Source: an uncultured Thermoleophilia bacterium (GTDB taxonomy: Bacteria; Actinomycetota; Thermoleophilia; UBA2241). From it: 64,000 nucleotides of DNA. The stretch lies in contig CAVPCT010000003.1 of NCBI GenBank assembly GCA_963702475.1, positions 256,001-320,000 of the forward strand, read 5' to 3'. Of the stretch, positions 10,202 to 18,875 are shown piece after piece. The stretch's first letter is position 1; each line of letters starts with the position of its first letter. The translations under genes were made by a program, and so were the position numbers. Under the pieces are notes generated by a model. It did no database searches, was not told where the DNA came from, and worked only from the letters and a program-made list of their open reading frames with translations.

Positions 10202-10277
10202 TGGTGCCCCCAACGGAATTCGAATCCGTGCCGCCGGCTTGAAAGGCCGGTGTCCTAGGCCGCTAGACGATGGGGGC
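10202..10277 (-). tRNA. tRNA-Glu (anticodon TTC)
   Basis: Reverse complement GCCCCCATCGTCTAGCGGCCTAGGACACCGGCCTTTCAAGCCGGCGGCACGGATTCGAATTCCGTTGGGGGCACCA; 76 nt, encoded CCA. Confidence 0.97.
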
Positions 10278-10422
10278 ACGTGGGTGCCGCCGCAGGAGTA
10301 TACCGGAGGAACCGCGAGCGTCTCCCTGCGACCGCGATGGAATGGCGACAGCGGCCGTCCGTGGTGACATACTGCAGGGGACGGACCGCAGTGTGGCCCG
10401 GTACGGGGGAACGGGTGAGAAC

Positions 10423-10827
10423 GTGGAGCCGTTGCGCGTCATCACGAGACGCACGTTTCTGGCGACCGCGGTAACGGCCGCCCTGGGGATCCTTGCGCAT
10501 CGAGCGCTGAGGAGCGGCTCCCGGGCCTCACCGCTCGCCGCTCGCCCGGTGCGGGCGGACGGCCTTGCTGCCTCCCCTGAAGACGGCGGCCTCGTCCTTA
10601 CGCCGCGGCACACCGGGATGCCGGCCGAAGGCGGGCTCCCCGTGTTCCGCCTGAACACGACGGCGGCTCTCATCTGGCGCGCGGCCGACGGTTCCCGCAG
10701 CGGCGACGAGATCGCCGCCCGGCTGGCGGGCGCCTACGGGCTCCCCCTCGAGCGGGCCCGACACGACACCGGGCGCTGCCTTGCGACGCTGGCGCGCGCC
10801 GGGCTGGTGACCGCGGCGCGCGGGTGA
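10423..10827 (+). CDS. PqqD-family RiPP recognition element with twin-arginine-like N-terminus
   Basis: FRLNTTAALIWRAADGSRSGDEIAARLAGAYG...HDTGRCLATLARAGLV (PqqD pattern); N-terminal ITRRTFLATAVTAALG. Confidence 0.8.
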   Translation: MEPLRVITRRTFLATAVTAALGILAHRALRSGSRASPLAARPVRADGLAASPEDGGLVLTPRHTGMPAEGGLPVFRLNTTAALIWRAADGSRSGDEIAARLAGAYGLPLERARHDTGRCLATLARAGLVTAARG

Positions 10828-10834
10828 GGCGGCG

Positions 10835-12295
10835 ATGAAGCGCTACACCGTCACAACTGAGCTGTTCTCGCTCCCCAGCCGCGGCGGTCACCTGGTCTAC
10901 GCCCCCCTGCTGCGCACGTCCGTCCTCGTGAACGGGTCGGCGCAGAACCTGCTCGCGGACATCGTTGAGGGGCGGCCGGTCAGTGAGGACGGCCTGGCGG
11001 CGGCGGTCGTGGAGCGGCTCGCCGGCCTGGGGCTGATCGCGGCGGCGGGGACGCGGCGGCCGCCGGCCGCCGTCGCGTTCGGCGAGGCCGTGGCGGACGT
11101 CGCGGCGCAGCAGGCCGCGTCGGCGCGCGCGCATGCCGAAGACGGCGCCGCGTTCCGGCCCACCGGCTGCACGCTGTTCCTGACCGGGGCCTGCAACCTG
11201 CGGTGCGTCTACTGCTACGCCTCCGGGGGAGACGATCCCCGCACCATGCAGCGCCAGGTGGCCTTCGCGGCCGTCGACTTGGCGTGCCGCAACGCGGACG
11301 AGCTGGACGCGCCGTGCGTCGAGCTGGCGTTCCACGGCGGCGGGGAGCCCACGCTCGCCTGGCCGCTGATGGCGGCGAGCGTCTCGCGGGCGGAGCGCCG
11401 CTGCACGGAGTCCCGGCGGCGCCTCTCTGTGGGCGTGGCCACCAACGGCGTGGTCGGGCCGCAGGTGCGCCATTGGCTGGCGCGGCACGCGACCTCCGCG
11501 ACCGTGTCGCTGGACGGCCCGCCGGAGGTGCAGGACAGGCTCCGGCCCCTCGCCGCCGGAGGCGGCACGTACGAGGCGGTGGCGGCGACGCTCAGGGCCC
11601 TGTCGGCGTCGCCGTGCTCGCTCGGGGTCCGCGTGACGTGCACGGCTGAGTCCGCGGACCGGGTGCCGGCGACGGTGCGCTTCCTTCTCGACGAGGTACA
11701 CCCCGAGGTGATCCACCTCGAGCCCCTCTTCGTCTGCGGGCGCTCCGTCTCAGGCGGTGAGCGCCCGCCCGCGAGCGACGCGTTCGTCGAGCTCTTCCGC
11801 GCCTGCTCCAGTGACTGCGAGCAGGCGGGCGTGCGTCTGGCCTACTCCGGGGCGCGCGCCGGATCCCTCGGCCTCGCCTTCTGTCAGGCCAGCCGGCCGA
11901 GCTTCAACGTCACGCCGGCCGGCGATGTGACCTCGTGCTACGAGGTCACCGGGCCGGCCGACCCGCGCTCTTCAATGTTCCTGTACGGCGCCTTCGAGCG
12001 CGGCGCGCCGGGCGCCTTTCGCTTCGACGAGGCGCGCATCCACCGGCTGCGCCGGCTGACCGTCGCCGAGGCGTCGCGCTGCCGGCGCTGCTTCGCCAAG
12101 TACCACTGCGCCGGCGACTGTCCGTCCAAGCGCCTGTTCCCTGGCGCCGAGGCGCTCGTCGCCGAGCGCTGCGCCATCAACCGCCGCCTGACGCTCGACC
12201 AGCTCGAACGGGAGCTCGCCCCGTCCGCCGCGTCCGCGGTCGCCGGGCCCGCGCCCGGCTCCGTGGCCGCTCCCGTCGGCGTGGAGACGAGGTGA
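10835..12295 (+). CDS. Radical SAM/SPASM peptide maturase
   Basis: CNLRCVYC, FHGGGEPTL, ATNG, VSLDGP; SPASM cysteines FC...TSCYEV...CRRCFAKYHCAGDC...RC. Confidence 0.92.
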   Translation: MKRYTVTTELFSLPSRGGHLVYAPLLRTSVLVNGSAQNLLADIVEGRPVSEDGLAAAVVERLAGLGLIAAAGTRRPPAAVAFGEAVADVAAQQAASARAHAEDGAAFRPTGCTLFLTGACNLRCVYCYASGGDDPRTMQRQVAFAAVDLACRNADELDAPCVELAFHGGGEPTLAWPLMAASVSRAERRCTESRRRLSVGVATNGVVGPQVRHWLARHATSATVSLDGPPEVQDRLRPLAAGGGTYEAVAATLRALSASPCSLGVRVTCTAESADRVPATVRFLLDEVHPEVIHLEPLFVCGRSVSGGERPPASDAFVELFRACSSDCEQAGVRLAYSGARAGSLGLAFCQASRPSFNVTPAGDVTSCYEVTGPADPRSSMFLYGAFERGAPGAFRFDEARIHRLRRLTVAEASRCRRCFAKYHCAGDCPSKRLFPGAEALVAERCAINRRLTLDQLERELAPSAASAVAGPAPGSVAAPVGVETR

Positions 12296-12297
12296 CC

Positions 12298-12804
12298 ATG
12301 ACCGACCGGCGTGAGCAGGACTACGAGCCCCCCGAGGTGGCCATCCTCGAGCAGGAGACCGAGGCTGCGTGGAGTGACGCAGTGCTGGGCGAGTCGCCGC
12401 CCGACGACTCGGTCATCGCCGTTGACGACGCCACCGGTGAGCCGGAGATCCGCGGGTACGTGGTCCCCGAGGCGCGGTTCGCCGCCGACGACCGCAAGCC
12501 CAGGCTGTACGTCGCCCCCAAGGACCCGGGACGCAAGGCCGCCTCCAAGAAGCGCAAGCCCAAGAAGACCACGAAGGCGGGCAAGACCACGCGTGCCCAC
12601 AGCACGCGCGTCAAGCTCACGGCTCACGACGCGTTCGGCGCCGTGGTGTGCACCTGCGACCTCATCTGCACCTGCAACCTCGTGTGCACCTGCGAGGCGG
12701 TGTCCACCTGCAGTTGCGTGTCGTACTCGGCGCCCTCCACGGGCGTCGGCGGGACCTACTGCACCTGCGACCTGGTCTGCACCTGCAACCTGATCTCGAT
12801 GTGA
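12298..12804 (+). CDS. Putative RiPP precursor / rSAM substrate with C-x-C repeats
   Basis: 168 aa, RBS GAGGTG; N-terminal YEPPEV, acidic then Lys-rich segments, C-terminus CTCDLI-CTCNLV-CTCEAV-STCSCV...CTCDLV-CTCNLI (12 Cys). Confidence 0.75.
   Translation: MTDRREQDYEPPEVAILEQETEAAWSDAVLGESPPDDSVIAVDDATGEPEIRGYVVPEARFAADDRKPRLYVAPKDPGRKAASKKRKPKKTTKAGKTTRAHSTRVKLTAHDAFGAVVCTCDLICTCNLVCTCEAVSTCSCVSYSAPSTGVGGTYCTCDLVCTCNLISM
12649..12795 (+). repeat. 18-bp coding repeats, unit beginning TGCACCTGC, 4 + 2 copies
   Basis: tgcacctgcgacctcatc, tgcacctgcaacctcgtg, tgcacctgcgaggcggtg, tccacctgcagttgcgtg (12649-12720); tgcacctgcgacctggtc, tgcacctgcaacctgatc (12760-12795). Confidence 0.9.
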
Positions 12805-12809
12805 CGGCG

Positions 12810-13973
12810 ATGGGCCGACGTAGGGCAGCCTTCCTTCTGGCGATCGCGGCCTCGCTCGTTGTGGCGCTCGCCGCCGCACCGTCCTCGCCGGCCAAGGAGC
12901 ACCCGTACAACAAGGGATGCCGGCTGCTGACGGAAGACCGGTACAAGGCCGCTGCCCGGGAGTTCACGAAGGCGCTACAGATCAGTCCCGAGGACACCGA
13001 CGCGCTCAACAACCTCGCCGTATGCAACATCCTGCTGGGCAAGCACGGGGCGGCGCGCCGGCAGCTCAAGAAGGCGCTCGAGCTCAACCCGCGGTACGCC
13101 GGCGCCCGCCTCAACATCGGCGCCGACGAGATCATCAGGGAGCGGCCCGAGCTGGCCCTGCCGCCCACGGTCAAGGCGAGCAAGGCCGAGGGCGACAGCG
13201 CGGCGGCCGTGACGGTGCGCGCGTCCGCGCAGTACAACCTCGGCCTGATCGCCCTCATGCGTGGCGACGCGAAGGCCGCACGTCAGGCCTTCGCCGCCTC
13301 GGCGAAGATCAAGAAGACACCCGAGGCGGTGCTCGGCGCCGGAGTGGCGGCCTGCGTGGCTGGGGACTACGACACCGCTGTCGAGACGTTCCAGAAGGCT
13401 GCCGACGCGGGCGGCGCTCTGGGCAGGATGGCGCGCATCGACCTGGCGGCCGCCTACTACAGCCTCGGCACCGAGGAGTTCGCCGCGGGGGCGCTCGACG
13501 CTGCGCGCAGGTCGCTGCAGCAGTCACAGGACACGCGCGCGAGCGACGCGGCGCTCATCGGCCTGGCCCTCGTGGACGCCGAAAGCGGCGACGTGCGCAA
13601 GGCCGTCGCCACCTTGCAGGCGGTCGAGGAGACGTCGCGGTCGAAGGAGATGCGGCAGGTTGCGGCCATCGACATCGACCGGGTGCTCGAGCGCGCCGAC
13701 CGGCGCTCGGCGTGGGTCAAGTGGCTGGCGGTCGGCCTCGGGGTCGTGCTCCTCGTGCTGCTCGTCGTGGGTTTCGTGCGCGCTCGCGGGGCTCCGTCGT
13801 GGAAGCGGCCCGGCGCTTTCTTGAGCGTGGTCACGATCCTCATGATGCCGCTCACCGTGGTCGCCGCCGCGCTGGTCTTCGTCGACCCGTTGCGCACGCC
13901 GCAGCAGCTCGCCGTGGTCGCCGTGCTCGACGCCGTCGTCCTGTTCTTCCTCTGGAGGAGGCGGACGGCGTGA
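12810..13973 (+). CDS. Exported TPR-repeat protein with C-terminal transmembrane helices
   Basis: Signal peptide MGRRRAAFLLAIAASLVVALAA; TPR units (ALNNLA, ALELNPRYAGARLNIG, AQYNLG); three hydrophobic C-terminal helices. Confidence 0.85.
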   Translation: MGRRRAAFLLAIAASLVVALAAAPSSPAKEHPYNKGCRLLTEDRYKAAAREFTKALQISPEDTDALNNLAVCNILLGKHGAARRQLKKALELNPRYAGARLNIGADEIIRERPELALPPTVKASKAEGDSAAAVTVRASAQYNLGLIALMRGDAKAARQAFAASAKIKKTPEAVLGAGVAACVAGDYDTAVETFQKAADAGGALGRMARIDLAAAYYSLGTEEFAAGALDAARRSLQQSQDTRASDAALIGLALVDAESGDVRKAVATLQAVEETSRSKEMRQVAAIDIDRVLERADRRSAWVKWLAVGLGVVLLVLLVVGFVRARGAPSWKRPGAFLSVVTILMMPLTVVAAALVFVDPLRTPQQLAVVAVLDAVVLFFLWRRRTA

Positions 13974-14129
13974 GGCGTCAGGCCCGCGTGTGCACGCGTG
14001 GTCGTGCCGTGCACGAAAGGCCCGGCCGTCGGCGTCCGCTCCGCACATCACCGCGCCTGCGGTAGAGTGCGGTCGGGGGCGCCGGGCGGCGCCGCCGGCA
14101 CGTTCGAAGCGCGGCGCGGGAGGCTGGTG

Positions 14130-15437
14130 ATGCAGTATCCGTTCGTCATCGACGGCACGGTGGGACGGGGCGTCGTGCTGCCGGTCATGCACGAGGTGCG
14201 CCAGCGGTTCGACCTCCTGCCGGAGGTCGACGCACTGGCGGAGCTCGAGGCCCAGTGGGGGCGCGCGGCGGAGCGGCTCGCGCCCCTCAAGGCCGGCGCC
14301 CGCGTCGCCGTTGCCGTCGGCAGCCGCGGCATCGGCGACATCGTGCCTGTGGTCCGCGATGTCGTCGCGCGCCTGCGCGCCGCGGGCTGCGAGCCCTTCA
14401 TCGTTCCCGCGATGGGCTCGCACGGCGGCGCCACGGCCGAGGGCCAGACCGCCGTGCTCGCCAGCCTCGGCGTGACCCCGGAGTCGGTCGGCGCGCCCAT
14501 CCGGGCGACCATGGACGTGGTCTCGCTCGGCGTCGCCGACGGCATCCCGCTCTACCTCGACCGCTACGCCTGGGACGCCGACGGCATCGTGCTCATCAAC
14601 CGCGTCAAGCCGCACACCGACTTCCACGGGCACGTGGAGAGCGGCCTCATGAAGATGATCGTCATCGGCCTCGGTAAGCAGGCCGGCGCCGAGCACTACC
14701 ACCGGCTCAGCGTCGTGCGCGGGCTGCACGACACCGTGCCGACGGCGGCGCGGGCGCTGCTGGAGCGCGCCAACGTGCTCTTCGGGGTCGCTCTGGTGGA
14801 GAACGAGGCGCACCGCACCGCGGTGCTGCGGGTCGTGGCGCCGGAGGAGGTCGAGGAGGCCGAGACGGAGCTCCTCGACCTGGCCCGGCGCCACCTCCCC
14901 GACCTGCCCGTGGACGACATCGACCTGCTGATACTCGACGAGATGGGCAAGGACGTCAGCGGCAACGGCCTCGACCCCAACGTGACGGGCCGCAACATCA
15001 CGCCGTGGGCGGCGAAGCCGTCGCGGCCGCGCGTCTCACGTATCTTCGTGCGCCGCCTCACCGAGGCCTCGCACGGCAACGCCTGCGGCCTCGGCTGCGT
15101 GGACGCCGTCCCGCTCGCCTTTCTCGACCGCTTCGACCACGCGGCCACCGTGATGAACGGCTTCACGTCGGCCGCGCCCGAGGACGGCAAGATGCCGCTG
15201 GTGTTCGCCGCCGATCGCGACGCGGTGACGTCGCTGCTCACGGCCGTGCGCCCGGTCACGCCGGAGGACGTGCGCGTCGTCTACGGGCGCAACACGCTCG
15301 ACGTCGGGCGCCTGTGGGTCTCGGCCGGCTGTCTGCCGGTGCTCCGCGAGCAGCCGGCCTGCGACGTCGACCTGTCGCCCCGCGAGCTGTCCTTCGGCGC
15401 CGGGGGAGGCCTGGTCTCGCCGTTCGGGGTGGCGTGA
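14130..15437 (+). CDS. Lactate racemase N-terminal-like (DUF2088/DUF362) protein
   Basis: VAVAVGSRGI, PFIVPAMGSHGGAT, INRVKPHTDF, ESGLMKMIVIGLGKQ, GKDVSGNGLDPNV. Confidence 0.8.
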   Translation: MQYPFVIDGTVGRGVVLPVMHEVRQRFDLLPEVDALAELEAQWGRAAERLAPLKAGARVAVAVGSRGIGDIVPVVRDVVARLRAAGCEPFIVPAMGSHGGATAEGQTAVLASLGVTPESVGAPIRATMDVVSLGVADGIPLYLDRYAWDADGIVLINRVKPHTDFHGHVESGLMKMIVIGLGKQAGAEHYHRLSVVRGLHDTVPTAARALLERANVLFGVALVENEAHRTAVLRVVAPEEVEEAETELLDLARRHLPDLPVDDIDLLILDEMGKDVSGNGLDPNVTGRNITPWAAKPSRPRVSRIFVRRLTEASHGNACGLGCVDAVPLAFLDRFDHAATVMNGFTSAAPEDGKMPLVFAADRDAVTSLLTAVRPVTPEDVRVVYGRNTLDVGRLWVSAGCLPVLREQPACDVDLSPRELSFGAGGGLVSPFGVA

Positions 15438-15476
15438 GCGGCGCGTGGCACGGCCCTCCCGACGTGCCGCGCGCCG

Positions 15477-15905
15477 TCAGTCGATAGGCCGCGCGCCCAC
15501 GGCGTACGCGACCGCGGCCTTGGCGTGCAGCGCGGTCGAGTCGAACACCGGTACGCCGAGGTACTTCTGGGGCACCAGGCGAGGGATCTCGGTGCAACCG
15601 AGGATCACCGGACGGCCCCGGACGTGCTCCTCGCGCACGAGGCGCTCGATCGACCGGGTCCTGGATGCGCAGCACCGGCAGGCCCGTGTCCTCCTCCACC
15701 AGGTCGGCGGTCGAGTTCATGGTACAGAAGGAGACGGCGCAGGGGAGGCGCCGTACGACAGTGACGATGCCGCCGCCGTGGACGGTGACGACCCGCAGCC
15801 GCAGAGCGAAAGCGCGGCGAGGGACGCCGTCGCGAGCAGGACCAGCACGGCGACGGCCGCACCGCGCCGTACGGCTGAACGCGGCTTCTCCGTCGTGATC
15901 CGCAT
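15477..15905 (-). pseudogene. Asp/Glu racemase remnant with lipoprotein-like N-terminus, internally deleted
   Basis: Fragments TMNSTADLVEEDTGLPVLRI and VILGCTEIP...VPVFDSTALHAKAAV lie in different frames; total too short for an intact enzyme. Confidence 0.65.
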
Positions 15906-16037
15906 GTCCACTGTGGACGTCCGTTCGCTCCTCGCCCTGGCATCGGCGACGGCGGCGGTCTTCTGCAGGGGTAGCCCCGGTGCCCCCCGGAGACCTCCGG
16001 CCGTCACCGCACCGGACGCGCAAGGAAGCGCCGGCCG

Positions 16038-16802
16038 TCACTGCGCCGGCGTGCCCTCCACGGGGTCGTCGGCCTTGGCTTCACGCCGGCCCGACGCCCA
16101 CGCCTGCGCGCGAAGGCCCACCAGCATGGCGACGAACGTCACCAGGTAGACCTGACCCGACACCGCCTCGGCGTTGGCGACCAGACGCGCGAACGGCGTC
16201 ACGGCTGTCAGGTCGCCGTACCCGACCGTGGTGACGGTGCTGAGGCTGAAGTACATGAACGACGTGGACGGCTCCGCCTGCCCGAAGAACGGTGTCGCCT
16301 GGAGCGTGTCTATGCTGAGGAACGCGTAGTAGAAGGCGATAGGGATCAGCAGGAAGACGGAGATGGCGCCGAGCAGCGTGCCCGTGGTGACCGTGCGGTG
16401 GTGGAGGAGACGGCGTATCACGACCAGCGGGGCCAGCGCCGCCAACACGACAAGCGACAGCGGGTGAGAACTGTCGTCGATCGTCCTCATCGGGACGTCG
16501 GTCACCAGACCGGCGAGGACGAAGAAGACGAGGACCGCGATGACGAGCGCCGCGACGATGTCCGCGACGGACTGCCAGCGACGCGCCACGCCGGAGGCGC
16601 GCAGGGCCAGCATCAGGGTGACGCCGAGGAGCAGCGTGGTGCCCACCGAGGCGGCCGCGGCGACGAGGTGGTCCGAGGACCCGGTCAGGTCGACGAGCGC
16701 CAGCGCGACGATGCTCACCACCGAAAGGGTCAGGACCCAGCCGAAGCGGTCGAGGTGAGCGGACGTGTCATCGAAGAGCTTCAGCCTCGACAGACGGGAC
16801 AT
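16038..16802 (-). CDS. Potassium channel family protein (Ion_trans_2)
   Basis: YFSLSTVTTVGYGDL selectivity filter; multiple TM helices. Confidence 0.9.
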   Translation of the reverse strand: MSRLSRLKLFDDTSAHLDRFGWVLTLSVVSIVALALVDLTGSSDHLVAAAASVGTTLLLGVTLMLALRASGVARRWQSVADIVAALVIAVLVFFVLAGLVTDVPMRTIDDSSHPLSLVVLAALAPLVVIRRLLHHRTVTTGTLLGAISVFLLIPIAFYYAFLSIDTLQATPFFGQAEPSTSFMYFSLSTVTTVGYGDLTAVTPFARLVANAEAVSGQVYLVTFVAMLVGLRAQAWASGRREAKADDPVEGTPAQ

Positions 16803-16876
16803 GACGCCTCCTTGGCAGGGCGGTCGAGCCGCGAGTACTCGCAGTATTCGCCGCCTGGCCGCTCCGGCCTCGGACA

Positions 16877-18307
16877 TCACACCCCGTGCTGCGCCTCGAT
16901 CCTCCCCGAATCGACCGCCTCGCGGAGCGCCTCGAAGTCCTTCCAGTTCTGCCCGGCGTACGCCTCGGCGAAGTCGGCCACGGCGACGTCGAACGTGTCA
17001 CCGGTGCCCAGGTAGCCGGCGATGGCGATGCGGTCGCCGGTCCTCGCGTGCGCCCGCGCCAGCGTCCAGGCGCACATCTCCGCGTAGCGCGGCCAGGCGC
17101 GCATGTCGAGCGCTTCGAGGGTGAACGCTCCCTTGCCGTCCCACAGCTGCCGCACGTAGAAGTCGTAGCGCTTGCCGTCGAACCCGACCACGTCGTAGTG
17201 GCCCAGGAGCACGTCGCTGACCGCCTGCATGAGCTTCTGGCCCTCCACGACGCGTCGGCCGGCGTGCCTGTAGCGGCTGCGGCCGACGAACCGCTCCAGC
17301 ACCGAGGCCTGCGCCTGCTTCGCCTGCAGGAACAGCGGGTCGTCGGTGTCGCGCCCGGAGAACAGCAGCACCCAGGCGCGCGTGCCCACGCTGCCCACGC
17401 CGACCACCTTTCGCGCCAGACCGCGGAACCGGTAGAGGTCGAAGAGCGCCTGCCGGTCGTGTGCCAGGCTGGCGCGGTAGTTGCGCAGCGCCTGCTCCAC
17501 GGCGTGCGCGTACTGCCCTCGTTCGGCGTCGCTCAGCAGTTCCTCCGCCGGCACGAGCAGCGGCGGGTCGCTGCGCAGCTTCGGGACGCCGTCCTTCTTG
17601 CGCGTGAGCCTCGAGAACGCGCGCAGGTCGTCCTTCTCGACGGCGCTCTTGAGGTCCCTGGCGAAGCGCTTGGCGTCGGTGCGGCGCAGCGCCGCGCTCT
17701 CCTGGCGTATCGTCTCGACGTCCAGGTGCGCATACCACACGTCGATGGCCCGCTTGCCGGCCATCTCGAGCATGGTCTCGCGGTACTTGCGCACGGCGGC
17801 GAGGACGATCCGGCGTCGGTCCGCGGTCGGGAAGCCCCTGTCCTGGCCGGCCACCTCGAAGCTGGCCGCGAGGCGCTTGACGTCCCACTCCCACGGCCCC
17901 GGCAGGGTCTCGTCGAAGTCGTTGATGTCAAAGACGAGCCGGCGCTGCGGCGACTCGAAGAGGCCGAAGTTCATGAGATGGGCGTCGCCGCAGATCTGGG
18001 CACGCAGGCCGGAGTCGGGAGTGCCGGCCAGGTCCGACGCCATGAGGAGCGCGCCGCCGCGGTAGAAGGCCGCCGGCGAGGTGAGCATGCGCCCGTACCG
18101 GATGGGGACGAGGTCGGGCGACCGCTGTGCGGCCTGCTCTTCGAGCAGCTCGACGGGATCCGGCCGGTCCGCCGCCGGCTTCCACTCCGCGTGCGCCGAG
18201 CGCGGCGCCTTCTTGCGCGCAGCCTTGCCGTGCGCCGCGCGCTCCGCCGGCGTCTCCTTGCTTCGCTGGTGGATCTCCGGGAGCGACTCCGCGCCGTTCG
18301 TGTGCAT
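16877..18307 (-). CDS. DUF2252 family protein
   Basis: PIRYGRM, FYRG, CGDAHLMNFG, FDINDFDE, RKVVGVGSVGTR, LARAHARTGD. Confidence 0.92.
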   Translation of the reverse strand: MHTNGAESLPEIHQRSKETPAERAAHGKAARKKAPRSAHAEWKPAADRPDPVELLEEQAAQRSPDLVPIRYGRMLTSPAAFYRGGALLMASDLAGTPDSGLRAQICGDAHLMNFGLFESPQRRLVFDINDFDETLPGPWEWDVKRLAASFEVAGQDRGFPTADRRRIVLAAVRKYRETMLEMAGKRAIDVWYAHLDVETIRQESAALRRTDAKRFARDLKSAVEKDDLRAFSRLTRKKDGVPKLRSDPPLLVPAEELLSDAERGQYAHAVEQALRNYRASLAHDRQALFDLYRFRGLARKVVGVGSVGTRAWVLLFSGRDTDDPLFLQAKQAQASVLERFVGRSRYRHAGRRVVEGQKLMQAVSDVLLGHYDVVGFDGKRYDFYVRQLWDGKGAFTLEALDMRAWPRYAEMCAWTLARAHARTGDRIAIAGYLGTGDTFDVAVADFAEAYAGQNWKDFEALREAVDSGRIEAQHGV

Positions 18308-18359
18308 GTCAGGCTCCTTCGATCCGTGGCCCCGGGTACCGCGCCCCGGACTCCGTCCG

Positions 18360-18680
18360 TCAGCCGCCGAACCCCTCGAAGATGTCCGACAAGAAGCTGC
18401 TCGGCTTCTTCTGTTTCTTCTTCTGGGAGTCGCCGTGGTGCGATTCGCCGTGGTTGGGGCGCTCCTCGCGCCGGTCGTCGTGGCCGCCGGAGGGCGCCTG
18501 TGCGGCAGCCTGCGGCTTCGCCGCGTGGCCTGACGGCCCGAACTCGGCGTTGACGCGCTCGATGATCTTGTCCAGCTCGCCGCGGTCGAGCCACACGCCG
18601 CGGCACGAGGGGCAGTAGTCGATCTCGACCCCCTGGCGGTCGCTCATCAGCAGGTCGACGTCACAGACAGGGCACTTCAC
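18360..18680 (-). CDS. zf-TFIIB-type zinc-ribbon protein
   Basis: MKCPVC...GVEIDYCPSCRGVWLDRGELDKII; KKK..FLSDIF tail. Confidence 0.88.
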   Translation of the reverse strand: MKCPVCDVDLLMSDRQGVEIDYCPSCRGVWLDRGELDKIIERVNAEFGPSGHAAKPQAAAQAPSGGHDDRREERPNHGESHHGDSQKKKQKKPSSFLSDIFEGFGG

Positions 18681-18875
18681 GGTGTCCTCCTCTCAGCCTG
18701 ACGTGCCGGGCGCCACCCCGTCATCGTCGGGCAGCAGCGCCAGGCGGCTCCGCGTCGGGCGGCGCCTCGACCGCTATCCTACCGTCCGCGGTGACGCGTG
18801 CCGGCGCCCCCGGGTCGCCCCGTCGAAGGGGCCGGTGTACCATGTCGGCTCACCAGGCGACCGACGAGCGGGGGA

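Noticed and set aside
12649-12795. Tandem 18-bp repeats as a CRISPR array
   Set aside because: No spacers, in-frame coding periodicity, no cas genes in the window.
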